Source: a virus
Lineage: Duplodnaviria; Caudoviricetes
Direction: 5' to 3' (one strand)
IMG/VR virus record: IMGVR_UViG_3300001472_000156
Location: 1 to 25,400 of that record
DNA: 25,400 nt
A program made the translations under genes and the position numbers. Under the pieces are notes generated by a model, which saw only the letters and a list, made by a program, of their open reading frames with translations, was not told where the DNA came from and did no database searches. How positions within the stretch are numbered: the first letter of the stretch is position 1; each line of letters begins with the position of its first letter. Shown one piece after another: positions 1-9,308 of the stretch.

Positions 1-3000
1 TATAAAGAACCTTCCGAAATATCAATATTTAATTCATTCATTGTATCAATTAAATCTTGTTCAGAAGCAACTTTATTTTCATTTATGTAAATATTTTTTA
101 CTTTTCCTCTATTCATTTCAGCATAAGCATTAGCTTCTCTTTTATTAGTAGATAAATAAGTCAAACCAGTTCTTTTTCCAAGCTCATTAAAAGACTTAGG
201 GCTAGCGTTATAAACTAATAATTCTTTTACCTTACCACCTTCTTTTAATAAAGAATTAACTCTATTTCGATAAAATGTAGCACCACCTGATGCAATAGCA
301 AAACTATCTGCAAGTTGCGTAGGTGTAAAACCTAGTTTAAGCAAGTAGCTTAACATTGCTTGTGCTTTGTTTGTAGCACCTCTAACTGCATTAGCTATTT
401 CCGCTTCATTAACATCACTTCTTAAACCTGATCTTCTTTGTTTTAATTTAGGTGAGTTCCATAAAAAAACAAAATCTTTTATAAATTGTGGAAAGTTTGC
501 AAAAGCCATAGCTGCTTTTACAGGGTTATTATCACTCCAGTTTAAAAAATTTACAGAAGATATAGTTTGTAACAGAGCAGATTTTCTGTTAAAGAACATG
601 ATAGCACCAATAGAATTATTAGTCCAGTTCATAAAATTATTAACAAGTTTGTCTGCACCAGATGGTCTGTTAGTTCCGGTTCGCATACGATACAATGAAT
701 CTTCCATTGCACTTCTCCAGTTTGTTCCTAAAGATGCCTCTAGTTTATTCATATTTTCTTTAGAAAATATCGCATCAACATTAGCATTAAACTCTTCTAA
801 AAACTGCTGTCTACCTACATTATTTGTAAAATTATTTAAATCAGATAATATACTTTGAACATCCCAGTAAGCATCTGGCTTTGTCCATTTTTTTTGTTTA
901 CTAACAAGAACCGCACCCTCTCCAAACAACCCTAATTCAGGATTTTTATTAACAAAATCGTTTAGTTTTTTAGCATCACGCTTAGATATACCGGGTATTT
1001 CATAACCTGCTTTAGTCCATAAACTAACTCTTATAGCTTGATCTTGTGTAAAGTCTGTACCAGGAACTATTTTACCTAAGTTCTTTTTAACATTAGGAAA
1101 CTTTTTAAGTAAAGCTTTATAGTCTTGTTTTAATGTTTGTGCATAAACATCTATGTTTGCAACTCCTTTTTGGTATGGATCAATTAAATTCTTTTTAACC
1201 CATGCCATTTGTTGTTCACCTAATGTTCCTTTAGTGTAAAGATCATACATTAAACCTTGAAAATCTTCCATAGATGGTGGAACAAACGGTCTAAACCTAC
1301 CTTTTTTAGCTCCACGCCTTTTAGCAACAACATCTGAAAACGCTTTACCCGCAGCAACACCTAAAGTTTGCTCTATAATTTCATTAAACTGTGTGTTTAA
1401 TATTTTAGGATTAGTTGGTTTTGAAGGTTTTATTTCATTTCTACCTTTTTCAAGAATATTTTGTACCTCTATATGTGTAGTAACAATATCCATTGCTTGT
1501 TGAGCTAATTCTTCTGCTACAGTATTTTCTGTACCAATCATTTCATAGGTACTAAAATCAATACCACCATTAACAGAAGCAACATCAGGATTATTGTATC
1601 TTATCCATGTAGTTAAGTTTTCCATAGTAAAAAACTCTTGAGGCATTTTTGCTATATAATTAAACCACGGCGCTTTTAATTTATTGTCATCTAATTTTCT
1701 TAATTGCCCTTGAAAATAATTATCTTTTATAAAACTAAAGTTATCTTCTACAGAATCTTTTTCTGCTATATAAAACATGAGTTTAGCAATATTATTAGCT
1801 GGCATACTATGCTCTTCAACAAACAAATTACCTTTTTTCTGATCTATTAATGACCAGAATTTTATAGGAGCCATTCTTCTAATAACTCCTTTACTCATAT
1901 TGCTTGTAGCGCTTAAAAATCCAGCCCACATAGCTTTAGCATCCTTATCATTTTTCATTGTTTCTGCCATAACATTAGCAAAACTTTTTAAGAAAGGCAT
2001 TTTTAAAGCTTCGTTATTTTTAAATTCATCAGTTTTAGTATATTTTCTAAAATCCGATCTAGACATGTTAGCAAATTTACCTCTACTGTAATCAAAGTTT
2101 ACAGGAGGAATAGGCGCTTTGTTATTAAAAAGTTTAATAGCTTCAGCTTTAGTTCCAACACCTAAAGCTTCATACACTTCATTTAAGGTTCCAAACATAC
2201 TTCTTGGTCCTCCAGCTAATAACGAAGCCTCTAAAATGCTTGGACTTAAAAAAGGTGCTATTTTTTTTATCCATTTACTTCTAGCATCTAAAAACTTTTT
2301 ATCTTGAACAAATACAGTATCTTCGCTTATGTACATGCTCATCAACTCTTGATCAGTTGCTTTGTCATCTATAAAGTATTCCCCTTGCTCGTAAAATTCT
2401 CCTTTTATAGTTCTTCCTTTTTTCTCTTTAACAATCCCAAAATATTTACCAGACGAAGCTCTATTAGTTATTCCTTGATCACTAGTAAAGTATTTTTGTT
2501 TTTCAAGCTTAAAGCCAGCATCTTTAAATATTTTATTTAAATTAACTGTTCTTAATGCATTACTAAAGTTCTGAAGCTGTACATTTATAAGCTTACTAGG
2601 CATGTTACTAAATACTAAATCATTAGTACCTCTTTTTAAATTAACTCTAGCCGCGGCAGCAACTGGAGTTGTTATTTCTCCTTTAGCTTCTTTTACATCT
2701 AAAACAGTGCTAAGAGATCTATTAGCCATTTGTTCAGCAACAGCTTTTAATAAAGCTTTTATAACTTGAGACTCTGCAGCTCTAGGAACATAGTTAGGAT
2801 CAACCTTACCATCTTTAGTACCTATAGATTGATTATAAACTTTGTTGTCAAACTTTTTAGGAGTACGAATATTATTGTTACCAACTCTTTTAGGTGGATT
2901 AAAAAATATTTTTTGAATGTTTCTACCTAAATTTAAAGTTTCTCCACCGACAGTTGTTTGTTTTGGTTTTTTTGTTATTGAATCTATAATTGGTTTACCA

Positions 3001-6000
3001 TTTCTAAGTATATTAACTTTTTGTGTTTTCTTAGAAGACTGTCCTAAAACTACGTTTTTAATAAAAGGTCTTGCTGCTAATAATAATTTTTGAGCTTTTA
3101 AAGAATCTTGTTTGTCTAAGTTTTGATTAGGATTTTGTAACTTTTTAACGTCTATACCAACAATGTCTGCAAGCACACCATAAGGTGTTATAGCCATTAG
3201 TTCTTTGTTAGTTAAATTGTCTTTAGTTATATCTATATTTTTTTGTTTAGCTAAACTTTGTATTTCATCTTGAAAGTCTTTTGAAACAGCTTCAACATTA
3301 ATGTCAGGATTTACTTTTTTAGCAAAATTCATTACATCAATAATAGGAGTTATATCTGTTGTAGAGTCTGTATTGGTGTTAGAACCTGGATCTGCTATTT
3401 GCCTTGTGCTTGAATCAATAGGGGTAGTAGAGACTTTCTTTTTATTTTTAATCTGTATATCTCCTGCTGCAAGTTCTATTATAGATTTACCAGTTACGTT
3501 TTTACCTGTTAACCAACCAAAAAAGCTTTCATTTAATGCTGGATTAAATTCACTCATTGCTTTGTCAGATATTCTTCTTTTAACATCTTCAACATATGTT
3601 TCATTACCGGGCATATCTAAATAAGCTTGACTAACGCCTGGTAAGTTTCTTATAGAAGCATCCAACGTGTTAGTTGTTTCTATTAAAACTTGTAAATCGT
3701 CTTTTTCTAAGCTATTATCAAAGTCATCTTTATTTTCAAATTTTCTTGTACCATCTTCTTTTTGTACAATATCATCAAATTTACTTTTAAGATCGCCTGG
3801 AACTAGTGAAGGTTTTATTGATCCAGGCTGTTCTTTTTCAGTGTCAGCGGTAGTAATTCTAGTAGAAACATCAGCTTGCTTTTCTACAAAACTAGATAAA
3901 AAGTTATACATATCATTACCACTATTAAACGGATTTAATATTTCAGATGCACCACCTGGGTTTAGTTTACTAAACATACCGTTTAAAAATTCTTTCATAC
4001 CAGAAAGACCTGCAAAATCACTTTGTTTTATATTACCTAAAATAATTGATTCGCCAAAAATAGTTAATATTTCTTCAAAATCTAATTTACCATCTTTTTT
4101 ATAACTATCTATTCTATCTTTTATTTCTTTTGCCTGCTCAGGCGTTAGCTGTTCTTTATTAAGTTTATCATCTATTATATTTAGTAAGCCAAGAGAAGCA
4201 ATGTCAGCTTTTTTCTTTAGCTCTGGGCTTCTTCCAAATATGTTTTTTTTAGCTATTTGTAAATGTATTAACTCGTGTAAAGGTGCCACAGCAGCAATAA
4301 GAGCATCACTAGTGGTTCCAGATTGTATTGCTCTATAGATATTAGCTTCATTAACATAAACACTACCATCAGGCATTACAGAAGCATAATTGTTTAATAT
4401 ACCTTCTTTATCTTTTTGTGATAACTTGTTTTTAGGATTTTTTTTATCGTAATTATCCATGTACGTATTGATATTAGCGCCATCAATGTCAGCTTCTACA
4501 ATATCAACCGTTCCTTTGTATTGATGTTTTAATATATCAGTTGCTGCTTCAAAAACTTTAAGTCTTCCGGCTGCGACTACACCTGACACACTTCCTCCAA
4601 GACCATCTTTTAAGCTTTTTGCTTGAAACTCTTGATATTTTTTAAATGATTTGGATTGTAATAAGGCACCTTGTTGTTCTCTTAAATCATTTATTTCTTT
4701 TTCAAATTGTTCAACCTGTTGCTGAAAACCTTCAAGACCAAACGCGGGATCATTTATGAACTCAACATATGCAGCTTCTTTTGTTTTTAATTTACCACCT
4801 AAGTCTATAAGGTTATCTCTTTCTAGCTGAGACATTTTAGTCCACTTTTGCATAGATAAAAACTCATTGATAGAACCTGTTTGAAATAAATTGTCTCTTT
4901 CGTTTCTTTTTTCTTTTAATTCTTTTTTAGTAAAAAGAGTTGGATCTAATTTTGCAGCATCTAAATCAGTTTGTATATCGTATAATCTTCCAAATATTTT
5001 TTCTGTTTCTTTTCTATCTTTGCTAGTTGTTATTTCTTGCTTTAATGTGTTCCATATGTTTGTAACCTTAGCTGGACCTTGAAGCAATAAACTAGTGTAA
5101 GCTATGTTAGCTGCAAAATCTTTATCTAAACCAGTAAAAACAGATATTTTATTCTTTCTACCCAAATTATCTAATCCAACATGAAAAATATTAGTAACAC
5201 TTTCTTCAACTAATTCAGTTCCTACTCCTTTTAGTGTAGATCTTGCGCCATACAAACCTTTTTGCCATAAATTCAATTTACCAGCTCTTTCTGCTATAGT
5301 TCTAGCTGCGTTAAAATCATTCATGTATCTTAACGTACCTAGTTTTTCAGCATACATTTCTACAAAACCATAACCAATAGCATTAAATATTCTAAAAGCT
5401 CTTGAATTGTTTTTAGAATCTGTAAAATCGTTTAATTGACCAAGAAGATCTTGTCTTTCTGTGAAAGAAAGACTTTTATCTTTTAATAATTCTTCAATTT
5501 TTAAAATTTGCTTGTCAGCAATACTTCTAGTAAATTCTGAACTACCTAATTGCCCACCAGCAGAACTAGTAAAAAATAAACCCATAGTAGTTCTTTGTGC
5601 TGTAAGTGCATTAGCTTTAGTTATATCATTAGCAACTAGTTTAGCTGTTCTACCTTTTAGTTTAAATTTAGTAAGATTTTTAATAGCACCAGTTGATATA
5701 AGTTTTGCAATTTTACCTGGTCCAAGCACTGCAGATATAGTTAAAGCAGCGTCAGCCGTCCAACTTTTAAACATTGTCCCTGAACTAAAGAAAAAATCAT
5801 CATCATTTTTAACTTCATCAATAGTAGGTGGTTTAACAAACTTACCCTGTCTGTCTTGCATCAACTTGTAATAATCCATTCCTGCTGTTCTAACTAAATC
5901 AGCAGTTTCTTTGTCTTGAAAAAGTTCATAACCTAAGGCAACACCTTGATTTAACAATGTGTAAGGAGCTAATATATAGTCTCTTTCTATGTTAGCAAAA

Positions 6001-7448
6001 GTTTTATCTATTAAATTATGATTAAGTTGTGCTGCTCCCATGATAGAAGCAAAATCATCAAATTTTAAAGCTTTTTCTTTTAATACTTTTGCGGTTTTAT
6101 TAAGTTGATCGTTTCTAAGATTTAAAGCTACTACTTCTTCGTTAAATCCTCTACCGTTAAAGTCCTCAATTAATACATTTATTTTTTCATTAAAAATATT
6201 TAATTGCTGATTCGCAACACCAGCATCATACTCTAAACCTAAACCTTCTATTAAAGATTTATTTTCTTTAGAATAAAAATCTAAATAATTTGTTCTTTCT
6301 AAAACAGCTTCTTCTATTTTTTTATTTAAAGCCCCAGATCTTTTGTTTAGATTTTTAGAATCTTTTTCAACTTGGGCTCTTGCATCATCGTAAGCTTTTA
6401 ACGCAGTTCCTAGATCTCCACTTACAGATTCAGGCGTTTGATATGTTTGGTAACCCGCAGCCTTAAGTTGTTCAGGCGTTGCATTACGCATTTTTCTTAT
6501 TTCATCAGCTGGATAAGTTTTGTTTTCTATAGCTTTTTGTTTTGCTTTTTCTATATTTTCAACTAATATTTTTTGATTAGGATAAAACACAGAACTACTT
6601 TCATCACCTTCATAAAACCAAGCTTCAACTCCTCTTATTATTTCTTGATAATTAAGTTCTTTATTTTTGCCAAAACCTAAACCAGATATATTGTTATCTT
6701 TTCTAAAGTTACCAATAACACTATCAGCACGTCTTTGCTTAAATCTGTTTAATCCTTTGTTTATTAATATTTCGTTTGCTTTAATTTCCTCTTCATCAAA
6801 AGTTATTCCTTTTTCTGGATCAGTATTTAGTAAGCTTGCTTCTGTAATTTTTGAAGAATCAAAACCTGCAGCTTTATAAATATCATAAACTTTATCACCA
6901 ACAGCCTCTCTTAGTTCTTGTTCTTTTTTTAAATCAACAACTTTGCCAAACTCAATTCTAGCAGTTTCTTTTATTTTTTTAAAATCTTCATTGTTAGCCG
7001 CAAATGGACTATCTAATCTAGGTTCATAACCAGGCGTAGCTTCAAGAATATCTCTATATTCTTTGTACAACTCTATCTCTTCTTTATTATCAGAGGTTTT
7101 TAAATAACCTATAGGTTTGTTTTTTAATTTATCATACTTTTCATCAATAGTAACATTACCACCAGCTGGAAGATCAAACATATTGTTTACAACCTGGTCC
7201 CAACTGTTTTTTGTAGTTCTTGTAGTTACTTCATTAACTAATTCAGTTCCTAATTTTATACCTAAAGTATCACGATAAGCACTGTTTTCTTTCACATTAC
7301 CTTCTACGGTAGTTCCCTTAATCTTTTCAACTGCAATTATCGGTTCTTCAATTTCATCTGCTTTAACAACGTCTTTAATTTTGGTTTTCTCCACACAGTC
7401 TTTATATGCCTGGGATCCTATTACATGTAAATCTTTACAATCTGCCAT
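1..7448 (-). CDS. Giant putative virion-ejected polyvalent protein (>=2482 aa, 3'-truncated by the window edge) with a zincin HExxH motif
   Basis: Not in the ORF track. ATG at 7448-7446 lies 9 nt after the stop of the 365-aa gene. Manual translation begins MADCKDLHVIGSQAYKDCVEKTKIKDVV and the same frame still reads as protein at the left edge (...DLIDTMNELNIDISEGSL). No stop was met when reading or spot-checking, and its absence from the track fits an unterminated ORF. HELIH at 4263-4277. Position after the tail genes matches the large ejected proteins of podoviruses. Confidence 0.88.
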   Translation of the reverse strand, partial: MADCKDLHVIGSQAYKDCVEKTKIKDVVKADEIEEPIIAVEKIKGTTVEGNVKENSAYRDTLGIKLGTELVNEVTTRTTKNSWDQVVNNMFDLPAGGNVTIDEKYDKLKNKPIGYLKTSDNKEEIELYKEYRDILEATPGYEPRLDSPFAANNEDFKKIKETARIEFGKVVDLKKEQELREAVGDKVYDIYKAAGFDSSKITEASLLNTDPEKGITFDEEEIKANEILINKGLNRFKQRRADSVIGNFRKDNNISGLGFGKNKELNYQEIIRGVEAWFYEGDESSSVFYPNQKILVENIEKAKQKAIENKTYPADEIRKMRNATPEQLKAAGYQTYQTPESVSGDLGTALKAYDDARAQVEKDSKNLNKRSGALNKKIEEAVLERTNYLDFYSKENKSLIEGLGLEYDAGVANQQLNIFNEKINVLIEDFNGRGFNEEVVALNLRNDQLNKTAKVLKEKALKFDDFASIMGAAQLNHNLIDKTFANIERDYILAPYTLLNQGVALGYELFQDKETADLVRTAGMDYYKLMQDRQGKFVKPPTIDEVKNDDDFFFSSGTMFKSWTADAALTISAVLGPGKIAKLISTGAIKNLTKFKLKGRTAKLVANDITKANALTAQRTTMGLFFTSSAGGQLGSSEFTRSIADKQILKIEELLKDKSLSFTERQDLLGQLNDFTDSKNNSRAFRIFNAIGYGFVEMYAEKLGTLRYMNDFNAARTIAERAGKLNLWQKGLYGARSTLKGVGTELVEESVTNIFHVGLDNLGRKNKISVFTGLDKDFAANIAYTSLLLQGPAKVTNIWNTLKQEITTSKDRKETEKIFGRLYDIQTDLDAAKLDPTLFTKKELKEKRNERDNLFQTGSINEFLSMQKWTKMSQLERDNLIDLGGKLKTKEAAYVEFINDPAFGLEGFQQQVEQFEKEINDLREQQGALLQSKSFKKYQEFQAKSLKDGLGGSVSGVVAAGRLKVFEAATDILKHQYKGTVDIVEADIDGANINTYMDNYDKKNPKNKLSQKDKEGILNNYASVMPDGSVYVNEANIYRAIQSGTTSDALIAAVAPLHELIHLQIAKKNIFGRSPELKKKADIASLGLLNIIDDKLNKEQLTPEQAKEIKDRIDSYKKDGKLDFEEILTIFGESIILGNIKQSDFAGLSGMKEFLNGMFSKLNPGGASEILNPFNSGNDMYNFLSSFVEKQADVSTRITTADTEKEQPGSIKPSLVPGDLKSKFDDIVQKEDGTRKFENKDDFDNSLEKDDLQVLIETTNTLDASIRNLPGVSQAYLDMPGNETYVEDVKRRISDKAMSEFNPALNESFFGWLTGKNVTGKSIIELAAGDIQIKNKKKVSTTPIDSSTRQIADPGSNTNTDSTTDITPIIDVMNFAKKVNPDINVEAVSKDFQDEIQSLAKQKNIDITKDNLTNKELMAITPYGVLADIVGIDVKKLQNPNQNLDKQDSLKAQKLLLAARPFIKNVVLGQSSKKTQKVNILRNGKPIIDSITKKPKQTTVGGETLNLGRNIQKIFFNPPKRVGNNNIRTPKKFDNKVYNQSIGTKDGKVDPNYVPRAAESQVIKALLKAVAEQMANRSLSTVLDVKEAKGEITTPVAAAARVNLKRGTNDLVFSNMPSKLINVQLQNFSNALRTVNLNKIFKDAGFKLEKQKYFTSDQGITNRASSGKYFGIVKEKKGRTIKGEFYEQGEYFIDDKATDQELMSMYISEDTVFVQDKKFLDARSKWIKKIAPFLSPSILEASLLAGGPRSMFGTLNEVYEALGVGTKAEAIKLFNNKAPIPPVNFDYSRGKFANMSRSDFRKYTKTDEFKNNEALKMPFLKSFANVMAETMKNDKDAKAMWAGFLSATSNMSKGVIRRMAPIKFWSLIDQKKGNLFVEEHSMPANNIAKLMFYIAEKDSVEDNFSFIKDNYFQGQLRKLDDNKLKAPWFNYIAKMPQEFFTMENLTTWIRYNNPDVASVNGGIDFSTYEMIGTENTVAEELAQQAMDIVTTHIEVQNILEKGRNEIKPSKPTNPKILNTQFNEIIEQTLGVAAGKAFSDVVAKRRGAKKGRFRPFVPPSMEDFQGLMYDLYTKGTLGEQQMAWVKKNLIDPYQKGVANIDVYAQTLKQDYKALLKKFPNVKKNLGKIVPGTDFTQDQAIRVSLWTKAGYEIPGISKRDAKKLNDFVNKNPELGLFGEGAVLVSKQKKWTKPDAYWDVQSILSDLNNFTNNVGRQQFLEEFNANVDAIFSKENMNKLEASLGTNWRSAMEDSLYRMRTGTNRPSGADKLVNNFMNWTNNSIGAIMFFNRKSALLQTISSVNFLNWSDNNPVKAAMAFANFPQFIKDFVFLWNSPKLKQRRSGLRSDVNEAEIANAVRGATNKAQAMLSYLLKLGFTPTQLADSFAIASGGATFYRNRVNSLLKEGGKVKELLVYNASPKSFNELGKRTGLTYLSTNKREANAYAEMNRGKVKNIYINENKVASEQDLIDTMNELNIDISEGSL

Positions 7449-7457
7449 AAATTAAAT

Positions 7458-8555
7458 TTAAGATACTGCTTGTTGTTCTTCTTGTAATTGTTCTTGACCT
7501 TGCGCTTGTTCTTCAGCTACAACCTCTTCTTGTTCAGCCGGTACTTCAGCTTTTTTTCTAGGAACACCTATTGGCATTTCATCGTTTATTTCTTTTTCTA
7601 AAAACCATTTAGTATAATCTTCTTTAAATCTTTTCTTTTCATTATCTCTTAATGCTTTAGATGGTTTTAAATAATGATCTGTAACCTCTGCTAAAATATT
7701 ATTATTAAAAGCAATAGCAGGATCAGAAGACTCTTGCATTTCTAAAATACCATTTGATATTTTTTCCATTTCTAATTTAAAAACACCATTAGAACCAATA
7801 GCTTCTTTGTCTATGCCTACAAAGTCTTGAACCAAGCCTCCGTTTAATGGTTTTTCATAAAGATCTAAACTACCATCTTCTTTTGTTTTTTGATACGTCT
7901 GTGTTACACCTCCAGTTAACACAACTTCTTCTCCACCCATTTTTTCTTGTTCAAACATTTCAGGATTAGATTTTTTAAACTTATTATTTTTGCCACTAAC
8001 ATCAGGAATACTAACAAATATATCTTGTGTTTCAGAAAGTTTATTTAATTTACTTATATAAATTCTTTCTACAAATTTACCTTCTTTATCATAAATATCC
8101 CACGCAAGTTTTCTAATGTCATTATCTTTTGCTATAACCTGTACAACACCTGGAAGATCTTCATTTATTATATTAATAGCTTTATATCTACTGTATGGTG
8201 TACCCATTATATCTAAACCACCTTGTATACCAGCTTTCATAACAGCTTCCATCCATACTTCAGCATTAGAAGCTAAGTTTTCTAAACCTTCTCTTACAAC
8301 CTCTACACTGTTAGCAATGTCTTCTGCATATTGTCTATCTGCACTAGGGTTTTTACTAGTTCCATTGTCCAGTGCTAATTGAATATCTGCATATATTTTT
8401 ACAAAAGGATAATATAGTTCATTGTAATTAACAGGAGGAACAATACTTTCTTCGTAACCTAATTGATATGACATAGTAGACTGTAACTCTTCAACTTCAT
8501 ATTGACAGTCTTTTATTAATCTTTCGTTTTCTAATAGTTTTTCTTTTAATGCCAT
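7458..8555 (-). CDS. Putative internal virion/ejection protein (365 aa)
   Basis: Long ORF tightly packed between its neighbours; acidic and helical, with an E/Q-rich tail. Function inferred only from its position between the small ejection-like gene and the giant gene. Confidence 0.55.
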   Translation of the reverse strand: MALKEKLLENERLIKDCQYEVEELQSTMSYQLGYEESIVPPVNYNELYYPFVKIYADIQLALDNGTSKNPSADRQYAEDIANSVEVVREGLENLASNAEVWMEAVMKAGIQGGLDIMGTPYSRYKAINIINEDLPGVVQVIAKDNDIRKLAWDIYDKEGKFVERIYISKLNKLSETQDIFVSIPDVSGKNNKFKKSNPEMFEQEKMGGEEVVLTGGVTQTYQKTKEDGSLDLYEKPLNGGLVQDFVGIDKEAIGSNGVFKLEMEKISNGILEMQESSDPAIAFNNNILAEVTDHYLKPSKALRDNEKKRFKEDYTKWFLEKEINDEMPIGVPRKKAEVPAEQEEVVAEEQAQGQEQLQEEQQAVS

Positions 8556-8565
8556 AATTTATAAT

Positions 8566-9303
8566 TTACATGCCTAATTGTCCTAGTATTGCACCTAGAG
8601 CTCCTTGCTCTGCTTTATTTACCATTTGTTCTGTTTGCCACTCTCTATCACTAGCTGCATTTCTTTGACGTCTTAAATCATTTAATTTGTCTTGATCTCT
8701 TCTTTCTTGAGCTTCAAACTTATAAGATAAACCTTTTGCTTCAGCTGTTTGCATTCTTCTCCCTTCACCTATTTGTACACCTTGTACTCTAGCTTGTTCA
8801 GCATTTTGTAGTCTTTCTAACTGTTGTTGTCCTGAAGCTTTCATTTTTTCATTAGCAACTTCTTGTTTTTCTATACCAGCAGCAATACCTTTTTTACTTT
8901 TTAAAGCAGCTTGTGCTAAAGCTGTTGCACCACCCGCGCCTGCGCCTGTAGCTCTTATAGTATCTAGTGTATTTGCTAAAGCAATATCAGCTTCTTCAGC
9001 CTGCATTTTAGCAGCTCCTGTGGCTACACTTAAATTAGCAAATGGATTTGAAAGATTACCACTAAGATCTTTAGCTAATGAACTTAAATCTTTAGCGTTA
9101 GCGTAAGGATTTATAACTGGTTGCCTATTATTTTCTATAGTTTTTATGCCACTAGTTGCAATTCTTTTTTCTTCTACAGCTTTTCTTCTTAATCTTCTAG
9201 CATCTCTTTTAGCTTTATTTCCACTTAATATAGAGCCAAGCAAAGTTCCTCCGTAGACAAGATCAGGATTACAATTTAATAGTATGTTTAATATTTCTTC
9301 CAT
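8566..9303 (-). CDS. Putative DNA ejection/pilot protein (245 aa)
   Basis: G/A-rich hydrophobic patches (GGTLLGSILSG, GAGAGGATALAQAAL, GALGAILGQLG) alternate with Q/A/K-rich coiled-coil segments, as in small podovirus ejection proteins; directly follows the tail nozzle genes. Confidence 0.6.
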   Translation of the reverse strand: MEEILNILLNCNPDLVYGGTLLGSILSGNKAKRDARRLRRKAVEEKRIATSGIKTIENNRQPVINPYANAKDLSSLAKDLSGNLSNPFANLSVATGAAKMQAEEADIALANTLDTIRATGAGAGGATALAQAALKSKKGIAAGIEKQEVANEKMKASGQQQLERLQNAEQARVQGVQIGEGRRMQTAEAKGLSYKFEAQERRDQDKLNDLRRQRNAASDREWQTEQMVNKAEQGALGAILGQLGM

Positions 9304-9308
9304 TTGTT

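Noticed and set aside
4479-4496. EADIDG in the giant ORF as an RNA polymerase DxDGD/DxDxD catalytic motif
   Set aside because: The third Asp is missing (ADIDGAN) and the context is the lead-in to the zincin domain; a virion RNAP cannot be supported from this window.
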